From Geosiphon pyriformis uo1 (taxonomy: Eukaryota; Fungi; Glomeromycota): a DNA stretch of 64,000 nucleotides. Every line of letters starts with the position of its first letter. Within the stretch, counting starts at the first letter, position 1. The stretch lies in assembly GCA_016748015.1 (NCBI GenBank), contig JAAOMT010000523.1, positions 1,284,546 to 1,348,545 on the forward strand, in the 5' to 3' direction. Made by a program: the position numbers and the translations under genes. Below, in pieces: positions 1 to 9,847 of this stretch. Below the pieces are notes generated by a model that was not told the origin of the DNA, searched no databases, and worked only from the letters and a program-made list of their open reading frames with translations.

Positions 1-324
1 TAATCGATTGAGGATTAAAACGCTGAGATACAAACATCATAGGGACTGGTAAAAGACCCATAAAACAAGAGTAGAACACTCATAGATTTGAGGATAGCTT
101 ACCAGGAAAATTACCAGCCACTACACTGAGAAAAAAATTTGACAGAATTGCAATTCCGGAAGGCTACTAAAAACAACCATTAAATCTTTGTCTATTATAC
201 AAAGAACTTTATAACAACACCTTCAGATTAACAAAACCTACAGATATCAACACCAGAATACCAACCAAGCACCAAGTTACAGATTTGTTATTTGATTTGA
301 GATCCCAAATAATTATCTGTAACA
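1..324 (+). repeat. 3' part (R/U5) of a family L2 LTR inserted into gag of element D; continues left of the window
   Basis: Reverse-complement similarity to 2692-3030 and direct similarity to 57820-58142. Ends CTGTAACA at 324 with no PBS after it, so it is a 3' or solo LTR. Flank is GTGT. Confidence 0.85.
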
Positions 325-2629
325 GTGTAGATGTCAGTTCCTCAAGTTTAAACAAAAAAATAGCTGTGAGTAACTTGTTGTTGGTAATGGTGGCTGAAAG
401 TATATTGCTGATAAGTGTTTATTTGTGGTTGGATTCTGTTTTGTTGGATGCAGCGTCTTCTGGAGTTATCAGGAGACTTAAATAGTTTTAAGAACTTGGG
501 TTTTAAGTATATCTGGTTCCTGAACTCTGCTGGCATGATCCTGATGGCTGGTTTGAGAAGCTGAGAATTAGTTGGTAGATAACCATTACTGATCTCCAGT
601 TTTGAGTAACTCTGAATCTGGGATTTTCTGATGTCACTTAAGTTGAATTTGGAGTTGAGATTGCTGGTGTCTGATAGATTACTTGTAACTATGGTGGTTG
701 ATAGACTATGGATATTGCTGGTTGATAAATTGATGCTGAAGTCTGATATACTAGAGGTGAGTATAATTGCTGTGTCATTGGGGTTTGATAAATTGGTTAC
801 ATTACTAAAGAGTAATATAATTGAGATTGGTATTGTTCTGGTGATTGATTACTGACGTAATTCTGAGTTTGTAGTTAGCAATTGGAGTTTCAATACTGAT
901 TAGTTGATCTCTGGTCGCTTATCTTTTTTCAACATTCAAATTGCAAATGTTCTTGTTTACCACAATAGTGACATGCATGCATTTCCTGATACCACTGTTA
1001 ATTGGTCAAGGATGATGCTGGATGTGACTGATTTTGGAAGTAATTTTTATTTTCCTGATTGTTGTATCATTGTGGAGATTAATAAATGGCTTGATTGGTG
1101 TTAGCTAAGTATCTCTCTAATTTCTGATTGATTGATTCACTAAATTGCTTTAATTTGGAATCCAATTTAGATGATCCATTCATTACTAGATTTATGGCTT
1201 AGGCATGATTAGTTTCGAGTTTAACTGCTTCAAAATCTCTAGCATTTGTAATGACAACTTGAAGATCTGCTGGATGCATTGAACATACATGTTGGAGGAT
1301 GCTACTGCACAGGCCTCTAATGAATTGATTTAGAATTTGTGGTGCTGTAAAATAATCAGCCTGTATGGTCTGAATTTGGTGCAGATTTCTGTAGAAATGT
1401 CCTAAGTAAGTAGTAACTGCTTCATTTTCTCCTTGCTTAATGGTGGTAAAAGTGTTGGCCAATTGGTTGATGCTATTATTATTACTGAAATATTGTAGGA
1501 ATGCAAGCTTGAATGTATTAAAATCTTGGAGTTTGTTAACCAAGCTTTGATACCATGAATTGGCAGTATCTTGGAGAAAATAGGGGATGGCTTGTATGGC
1601 TCTAGCATTATTCCATCCATTGGCTGTGATGGCTTTTTCCATGTTGTTCAGCCATACTTGGGTGTCATCTTCTTTACTGGTGAACTTTTCAAGTTTTGCT
1701 ATTAGAGTGTAAGCTATTTGATTTAAGTTTAATTGTTGTGATGGTTAAAATGGTAATTGAATTTGAGGTTGCAGTGGTGGCTGTTGTTGTGAAGCAATTG
1801 GTAGTGGGTTAATAACAATTACTGAAGATAAGTGTTGTTGATTATTAATGTTGGGGTTTTGATCGTTTTGATTTTGCTGTATTTGAAAATTTGGAGTTTC
1901 AATTTTCAGGTTTTCTGGAATCGGGTTCTGGTAAGTAAATTCCTAATCTTCGGCTTCTTTTTCTTTTTCTTTTTCTGATTCCATTATTTCCCATGGGTCA
2001 ACTATTCCAAAATTTGGTGGAGGTGGTGGTAATTGGTATTTTGATGGGGTGGTTGATTGCAATTTAAATTCTTCAAAATAATTGCCATAGGTTCCTAATA
2101 ACTCTGCTTTCTTTTGTTTACTTTGAAATAGAAGTCATCCAAATGTTAATGTCATATTTGATGTGAACGTGCCTGTTGATGAGATGTTAATGGCACTTCC
2201 AGATGTATAATGGTATGATGGATTTGTTGGTGGTTCTATTCTTGTTTTCTTTCAAGTTGGTAGTTGTATTCCTTTAGGTGTTATTGCTGGTGTTTGTAAT
2301 CTTCCTTTGCCTTTGTCTGCATAAGTAATAGAAAATTGTTGTTAAGTGTATCTTTTAATGGTTTGGTTGATTTCCTTAATGATTGATGTGAAACTGTGGT
2401 TTCTTGGTAAGCTGGTGTGTTGAAATAATTCTGTATAAAAGTTTTCTCTTACTAATTTGATGTTAATTATTCCTCTTAAGCAGTCTGTGATTTTATCATT
2501 AACGTAGAAGTTGAAGGCTGATTCCACTGAGAAATGATTATTATTTAATCCTAATTGTTGACTGTACTGTTGAAATAAGAATTTGGTGAATTCTAAATAA
2601 TTTGCTCTTATGTTTTCTGGTTCTGCCAC
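325..2629 (-). pseudogene. gag: Element D gag: N-terminal extension, retrotransposon capsid domain, zinc knuckle, low-complexity tail
   Basis: ORFs 2342-2629 and 1199-1642 (ANGW..AIPYFL..W..F...F...IKQGENEAVTTY..F..QFIRGL). CHYCGKQEHLQFEC (CX2CX4HX4C) near 935-978. Several stops. Confidence 0.85.
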
Positions 2630-2671
2630 TTTTGGATGGTTGTTGTTAGTGCTGGTTTTCTGTAAGATTAT

Positions 2672-2689
2672 ACTTTATAGAGAGCACCA
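2672..2689 (-). promoter_or_regulatory. Primer-binding site of element D (TGGTGCTCTC...)
   Basis: Starts TGG 2 nt after the LTR end and is complementary to a tRNA 3' end ...GAGAGCACCA. The tRNA identity is not determined. Confidence 0.8.
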
Positions 2690-2691
2690 AA

Positions 2692-3537
2692 TGTTACAAG
2701 TAATTATTTGGAATCTCAAAGCAAATAACAAACTTGTAACTTGGTGCTCAGTTGATGTAGTAACATTGGTTCTTAAAAATCTGTTGATCTGAAGGGTTTG
2801 TTGTTGTAGAGTTCTTTGTATAATGGACAAAGATTTGATTGTTATTTTTCCAGTAGCCTCCCAGAATTGCAATTCTGTCAAATTTTTTTCTTAGCATGGT
2901 GGCTGGTAATCTGGCAGAGATGTCTTTCTGGTAAGCTTATCCTTAAATTTTCAATTCCTATACTCTTCCTTTGGGGTCTTTTACTAGGCTATCCTTGATG
3001 TTAATAACTCAGTACTTAATCTTCAATTGATTAATAAACAAAGAAATAACAAAACTAAAAGAAATAAAAGAAGACAATGAATGTTAGTATCCCATTAATA
3101 GCCGTGATCAAGAGCTATTGTTCCAGTATGGTTAAGTATCAATTGTTATTAACATAAAATGTTAATAGTAGAAAGTGGATTCGAGATATTGAATAATTAT
3201 TTATTGATATTTGTGATGTGGAAGATCACTTAGATTAAATCTAAACTGAGAGGTCTCTCTTTTCTACTTCTAATGCTACCACTATATATACATAATTGAG
3301 ATTTTTTAATTCCTCAATTTTTCACACCAGGAATTCTGAAATTTCTGGCATCCTGTAATTTCTTTTGAGAAGAATTCTGGAATTCTAGAATTCTGCAATT
3401 CCTTTGTATAAGAATCCTGAAATTCCTGGAATTCTGCAATTTCTCTTGAGAGGAATCTTGGAATTCCACATTTACTATGACTACTTCTGATTGGCTAATT
3501 TATATGCTAATATATTCCCTATATTCTATAAGTAACA
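2692..3537 (-). repeat. 5' LTR of element D (family L2, 846 bp)
   Basis: TGTTAC...GTAACA termini, TATATATA near 3283-3290, and GGAATTC(C/T)-type tandem repeats in U3 at about 3327-3467. Confidence 0.9.
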
Positions 3538-4256
3538 ATGTCAATTACTACTACCACTACTAGATTTCAGAGCTGCTAGTCTTTGGGAATTAACCAACTC
3601 TGAAGAAAAAAAAAATAGCAATTGAAAAATTAATACTCAAAACCTGAAAACTCAGAAATACAAATTTTGACAGTTTAGGCTCAGCAAAACCCAAACAATC
3701 CAAATCCAGCTCTTATTATTTCTCCAAACTTATCTCCAGTAATCATGATCAATCCTTTACCAGTTGCATCAATAGTTGCTCACCAACAACAACTACAACC
3801 TCAGCAGTTACCACAACAATAACCAATGGCCTATGTACCAATTACCAAAATCAAAAAATTTACCAGCAAAAAGAACAATGTCCAAGCATGATTAAACAAT
3901 ATTGTCAAAGCAATTGTAGCCAATAATTGAAACAATATCAGAGCCTTTTAGGCAATCTCATATTTTTTTCAAGATACAGTCAATTTATAATACCAAAATC
4001 TTGTAAACAAACTACAAGATTTTAAGACATTTAAAATCATGTTCCTACAATATTTTAACAATCATAACAGTATTAATTATCTAGCCACTATCTTTACTAC
4101 AATCAAACAAGGAGATACTAAAGCAGTTACTACTTATTTGAGATGTTTCCACAGAAATTTGCATCAGATCCAAGCAATTGAAGTTAACTATTTCATAGTG
4201 TCACAGATATTAAATCAATTTATTCAAGGCCTATGCAAAAGTTTATTGCAATATGT
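3538..4256 (+). pseudogene. gag: Element C gag, first segment (capsid domain)
   Basis: MAYVPITKIKKF...IKQGDTKAVTTYLRCFHRNL...LNQFIQGL, homologous to D gag. Confidence 0.85.
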
Positions 4257-5203
4257 TGTTACTAGAGGTTTTTGGTCTTTTTTTTTAAATGTTGTTAATG
4301 TCTGTTTGTTGTAAATTCACATTTTCTAGAAGTAATTAAACCTCTAATAACTGAATTTATTTTCAAATTATTTCTATAATTTGAATTGCTGGACTTATAA
4401 GTAAAATGGCCAATTCTATGCCAGTTATTTTATGTAGTTACATTGTAGTAAATGTCAACTTTTTTCCAAGAATTGCTTGTTTAAAAACTTACTAAAATGT
4501 GTAGTTACTTTGCTGTAAAAGTCAACTCTTCTACAGGAATCTCATCTGTAGGCTACTCTAATGATTATAATAGGAAAAGAAAAAAAATATAAAAGAAGTA
4601 GAGTTTTGTCAAGTGAAATGTTTTTTATTTAAGCCTAGAATCACTAACAGATTACTGAAATTGGTAGCTAATTAATTTCAAAATGTTAATTGTGTTAAGA
4701 GAATTTCAAGTGTAATAATTTGGTTTTCAAATATTTAATTTTTATTTGAGATGTATAAAAAATGATTTGTTCTAATTAAGATATTTAAAGTAAAATATTA
4801 TGTTAAGATGTGAAAAGATATATTTTCTTAAAGAGAAAAGCTCTTCTTATATACAACTTGTTGTAGTACTAGTTTTTGAACTTGCACTTTTCTCCTTTTT
4901 ATAATTTTGGTGAACTAAAAGTACATTTCAGTAAACTACAAGTTATTTCTCTAAACTATTGATTATTTCGGCAAATTTTCATTACTTTTGGTGAATTTTG
5001 ACTATGTTAAGTAATTCAAAGTATTGTGTAATTTGATCATCTTAATTTCTATAGTACAAATTGGATTATTAATTAAATAATAATATTTGATAATTAATTA
5101 AATAATAAGTGATGATTGAAATAATAATAATATATACTAATTAATAATAGAAATTATAAGAGTAATTTTATGCTAATTAATAGCTAAAATTCTACTGGTA
5201 ACA
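4257..5203 (-). repeat. 3' LTR of element B (family L1)
   Basis: TGTTACTAG...CTGGTAACA, with the PPT GAGGAGGAAATTA adjacent on the minus strand. Confidence 0.92.
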
Positions 5204-5846
5204 TAATTTCCTCCTCAAAACTGAGCTCTGTTAAAGTTCAAACATTATCTGTAATATTGAGATAGTGGTTTAAAATAATTAAAGTAATCTAATCTGAAAA
5301 TTGTTGAAATTTCAGTTCTATGAGCTTTCCAATATACTGAATTTTTATTAAATAAAGTATTGAATTTTATAGGACATTTTTGCAAGTATTAAACAAATCA
5401 TAGAGTTTAAAAGCTGCTCTAAATTTGTAACAAGTATTTGTTAGTCTAACTGTTGTTTTGAACTTATTGTGAATTTGTTTTTGTATAGCTTTAGAAGTAA
5501 GATTTGTTGTTTTAAGTTCCAGTTTTCGTTCATAAAGTGTTTTTTCAATATAAAAATATCTATAAATAAGGGTATGTTTATTGTTTTGTTTATTGATAAA
5601 TAGTAGAAGTTTTTGTTAAATTGTGGCATTTGGTAAAATATCAATAAGAGCAAATAAGAAATTTTTTAAAGCTTGTTTTAAAAGTTCTGGTAATTAATTT
5701 CTAGTATAACTTCTTGTGTTTTTTCTATAAGGGTGATAATTCTGAGAATTGTTTACTATTGGAGCTGTGGTTTCTTTCTGAATGTAATTAATTTGATTTC
5801 CATTAATTGTTATGAATAAGTCAGGAAGTATTTTTAAAGCTAGCAT
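5184..5846 (-). pseudogene. Element B ORF3 (decayed homologue of 8991-9656)
   Basis: Colinear nucleotide similarity to A ORF3 from ATG (5846) to the stop inside the LTR; contains stops. Confidence 0.82.
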
Positions 5847-6971
5847 TAATTTTTGAAATATTTGTTAGATATTTCGGAAAATAATCATGATAAAAGTAAC
5901 TAACTAATAAAAAAAATAAAAAAAATTATTTTTGGGTATGGAGTTTTTACTTGTTTTTGGGTTTGGGTGTTTTTTGTAATTATTTACTATTTTTGTTTTT
6001 TGTTTTTGTGTATTATTAAAAAGATTATTGTAAAAATGTTAAATTAAGTATTCAAGTTTGGTTATTGTTCTATTATAACTATTGGTTCTAAATTTTGTGA
6101 AATATCTTCAGGATTAATTAAAGGAGAATGTATACCAATTTGTGGAATTAATAGTTCAGAATTGTTTCTGAAATGATAGTGTTTTAATCAATCTCCATGT
6201 GCAACTTTTGCTAGTACTTTGTTATCAAGTCTTAACTTGTATGATCTATTGCCTAAAATTTCGTTAATATAAAATGGTTTATTCTATTTATGTTCAAATT
6301 TTTTATTCCATTGTTTTTCAGTCTTAGTTCTGTACAAAATAACTTTATTTTTAACTTTAAATTTGTTAATAACTGGTGGCAATTTGTTGTCATGTCTTTC
6401 TTTTTGTTGAGCTTGAGAGTGTTCAATATGGATGGCTGCTATTTGTTTTTTTTTTTCAAGATACTAAAAAGAGTGTAAACTCTCTTTTAAAGTGTCTCTT
6501 AAAAGTTTTCTTTATTGATTGGTTGTACTGGATATGTTTCTATTGTGAAATTAATTGGTAATGTTGCTGTCTTTCCATAAATCAAATCAAATGATGTGTG
6601 TTTCATAGTATCTTGTTTTAATGTTTTTTATGTTAATAATACTGATAAAATAAAGATATCTTATTCTTGCTCAAAATCAGTTGAAACTTTAACTAAAGAT
6701 TCATACAATTTTCTATTGAAACATTCTATAAGTTTATTTGTTTGAAAATAATAAGCTGATAATAGAAATCTTTTGACATTAAATCATTTACAAATTTTTT
6801 GTATCAAGTTGTTCACAAAATATGTTTCTTAATCAGATAAAAGTTCAATTGGACATTCATGTTTACAAATAATGTTTTCATGGATAAAATTTGCTACTAA
6901 TTTTGCATCTGTTTTTTGGATGGCTCTAGCTTCAGACCATTTGGTAAGATAATCTATTATAACTGTAATAT

Positions 6972-7710
6972 TGTTATAGTTGAAACTTATACTTTTTATT
7001 CATTATTATATGTATTAGCTACTAATGTTATATAAATTAGCCACTCTATTTTTAGAAAGTAATCATTAACCTGATCAATAACCTGATCATTGACCTGATC
7101 ATTGACTTAATCAATGACCTAATTATTGAACTGATCATTAACTTGATTATTGACTTAGTTATTAACTTGATTATTGACCACTTTTGATAACTATATAAGC
7201 AATAAATCTCTTAACTGTAGAAAAACATGTAGAAATCAAGGAAATAAAATAAATAAAATAACAACTTTTATCTTAATCTTTCTCTTATTACTAATTTCTT
7301 TTTTCCTATCTTTAAGTATCCAAACATCTTGGAATAAAAGATCATTTATTGGTTATTCTTTACCTTTTTCCTGAAATATGTAATTGCAGCATTTAAAGAT
7401 TATTGAATAAAATGTGACTGAAGAGTACATCTAATACTTAATATTGAATTCTAAGAGTGTTGACATAAGGCATAGAATTATACTAGATGTGATCATTTGT
7501 TAACAGTATAAACTATTTCTCTATCTTCAGATTTTCTGGTTATCTTTTGAAAAGTATAGCGACTAAGATATTTTATAAGACTGATCTTGCACATTGAATC
7601 CATACTTATTCAATTTGCTCTTTGAAGTTGAATTCTCTTTGATTTCTTTCATCACCCTACAATTCTGTTCTCCTTTGCTATTCATTAGCTTGTTACTCCA
7701 ATCTGTAATA
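6972..7710 (+). mobile_element. Solo LTR, family L4 (739 bp)
   Basis: TGTTATAG...CTGTAATA termini, TSD ATAT/ATAT, 12-bp tandem array, TATATAA at about 7192 and AATAAA motifs. Host integrase resumes exactly after it. Confidence 0.85.
7060..7180. repeat. Tandem repeat, about 10 x 12 bp (TGACCTGATCAT consensus), in L4 U3
   Basis: Directly visible: CCTGATCAATAA CCTGATCATTGA CCTGATCATTGA CTTAATCAATGA... Confidence 0.9.
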
Positions 7711-8099
7711 ATATAATGATTTTTTTTGGTTGTGATAAGTAATGGTCTGACTAAATTAATTCCAACTCTGTCAAAAAGTTGTCCAACTTTGATTAGATTT
7801 AAAAGTTCTGTGAAATGAATTCCTTCTCTTTTTTGACAACTATTACAAGATTCTACATATTGTTGAATGTTTTTTTGCATATGTGACCAAAAATAATCAA
7901 GAATTCTTTGGATTGTTTTATCTCTTCTCAAGTGTGCTGAAAATGGATCTGTGTACATGTTGTATATAATTGTTTCTTTTTTATTCTCTTGTACTAATCT
8001 GAATAGTTGGTTTGGATTTCTACAATTTTTATAATAGATTTTGTTGTGGTGTATGAAATATTGTTTTGATTAATGTTATAATCGATGTTTTTTACTTGG

Positions 8100-9010
8100 T
8101 GTTACCAGAGGTTTTTGGTCTCTTTTCTTAAATATTGGTAATGTTAATTTGCTGTGAATTCACGTTTTCAGGAAGTAGTTGAACCTCCAATAATTGAATT
8201 TATCTTCAAATTATCTCCTATAATTTGAACTGCTGGGCTTATAAGTGGAATGGCCAATTCCTTGCCAGTTACTTTATGTAGTTACATTGTAGTAAACGTC
8301 AACTCTTTCCCAGGAATTGCTCATCTGGAAGCTCACTAAAAATGTGTAGTTACTTTGCTGTAAAAGTCAACTCTTCTACAGAAATCTTGTCTGTAGGCTA
8401 CCCTAATGATTGTAATAAGAAAAAAAAAGGAAAATAAAAGAAATATAAAAGAAATAGAATTTTGTCAAGAGAAACGTTTTCTATCCAGGCCTGGAGTCAC
8501 TAACAGTTTACTGAAATTGGTAGCTAATCAATTTCGAAATGTTAGTTGGATTTTGGGGATTTTCCAAGTACAATAATTAAAGAATTTGGTTTTTTCGAAT
8601 TATTTGATATTTATTTCTTTTTGTGTGTATAGGAACGGTTTTAAGAGATAAATCTAAAGTAAGATACATTTTCCAGAAGAAAAAAGCTCTTCTTTTATAC
8701 AACTTGTTGTAGTACTAGTTTATGAACTTGCACTTTTTTCTCTTTGCCCAAATTCCGGCAAACTAAAGATACATTTTGATGAACTACAAGTTATTTCGCT
8801 GAACNNNNNNNNNNNNNNNNNNNNGGGTATTGTGTAATTTGATCATCCTACTTTCTGTTATACTAATTAGATTATTTTAATTGAATCGTGATATGTGATA
8901 ATTGATTAAATAATAAATAATAATTTGAAATGATATTAATATACTAATGAATTATAGGAATTATAAGGGTAATTTCATGCTAATTAATAGCTAAAATTCT
9001 ACTGGTAACA
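8100..9010 (-). repeat. 3' LTR of element A (assembly gap 8805-8823)
   Basis: TGTTACCAG...CTGGTAACA 9-bp terminal inverted repeat; TATAAAAG on the minus strand near 8692-8699. Confidence 0.95.
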
Positions 9011-9656
9011 TAATCTCCTCCTCAAGACTGAGCTCCGTCGAAATCCAAGCACTATCTGTAATATTGAGATAGTGATCTAAAATGATTGAAGTAATCTGGT
9101 CTGAAAATTGTTGAAATTTCAGTTCTGTGAGTTTGCCAATGTATTGGACTTTCATTGATTGCAGTATTGGATTTTGTAGAACATTTTCACAAGTATTAAA
9201 CAAATCATAGAGTCTAAAAGCTGCTCTAAGTTTGTAGCAAGTGTTTGTTGGTCCAGCTGCTGTTTTGAATTCATTGTAGATTTGTTTTTGTATAACTTCA
9301 GGAGTAAGATTTGTTGCTTCAAGTTCCAGTTTTCGTTCATAAAGTGTTTTTCCAATTTGAAAGTATTTATAGATAGGGGTGTGTTCATTGTTCTGTTTAT
9401 TAAGAAGTAGTAGTAGTTTTTGTTGCATTGTAGCATTTGGTGGAATGTTAATAGGGGCAATTAGCAGATTTTCTTCTAGTGTCTGCTTCAAAAGTCTTGG
9501 TAATCTATTCTCAGAGTGACTTCTTGTTTCTCTTCTATAGAGGTGATAGTTCTGTAAATGATTTGCTACTGGGGCTGTGGTTTTTTTCTGAATGTATTTA
9601 ATTTGACTTCCATTAATCGTTATAGATAAGTCAGGGAGTGTTTTTAAGACTAACAT
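8991..9656 (-). CDS. Element A ORF3: 221-aa protein of unknown function in the env position; stop lies inside the 3' LTR
   Basis: Intact ORF with decayed homologues at the same position in B, C, E and F (motif YFQIGK...AAFRLYDLF...IGKLT). No signal peptide or TM helix seen. Confidence 0.82.
   Translation of the reverse strand: MLVLKTLPDLSITINGSQIKYIQKKTTAPVANHLQNYHLYRRETRSHSENRLPRLLKQTLEENLLIAPINIPPNATMQQKLLLLLNKQNNEHTPIYKYFQIGKTLYERKLELEATNLTPEVIQKQIYNEFKTAAGPTNTCYKLRAAFRLYDLFNTCENVLQNPILQSMKVQYIGKLTELKFQQFSDQITSIILDHYLNITDSAWISTELSLEEEIMLPVEF
9011..9023 (-). promoter_or_regulatory. Polypurine tract of element A (GAGGAGGAGATTA)
   Basis: Purine run immediately 5' of the 3' LTR on the sense strand. 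Confidence 0.85.
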
Positions 9657-9847
9657 TAATTTTTGGGATATTTGTTAAATATTTCGGGGAATAATCATAA
9701 TAAAATTGACTAATTATGAAAAGAGAGAATAAAGAAAATTATTTTTTTTTGGATATGGGGTTTTTTTTATTTGTTTTTGGGTTTGGGTGTTTTGTAATTA
9801 TTTGCTATTTTTGTCTTTGTGTTTTTAGTAGAGAATTATTGTAAAAT

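Larger units (their letters stand above)
325..3537 (-). mobile_element. Element D: 5' portion of a Ty3/gypsy element (L2 LTR, PBS, gag), inserted in gag of element C
   Basis: LTR 2692-3537, PBS immediately inside it, and a decayed gag. Right flank ATGT resumes the + strand gag of C. Confidence 0.88.

Noticed and set aside
3097-3119. U2 snRNA fragment or hammerhead ribozyme
   Set aside because: The GATCAAG and TAGTATC matches are short and not colinear with U2, and no CUGAUGA/GAAA core was found.
7060-7180. CRISPR-like array
   Set aside because: Contiguous 12-bp tandem units with no unique spacers, in a eukaryotic LTR.
7563-7958. 131-aa ORF with a novel C-terminus
   Set aside because: Chimera of B integrase reading into solo LTR L4 at 7710.
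8805-8823. N runs here and at 17677-17727
   Set aside because: Assembly gaps at the U3 tandem repeat, not biological features.
9152-9460. Overlapping alternative-frame ORF in ORF3 (also 5441-5653)
   Set aside because: No ATG start and no counterpart seen in the other families; likely a compositional shadow.
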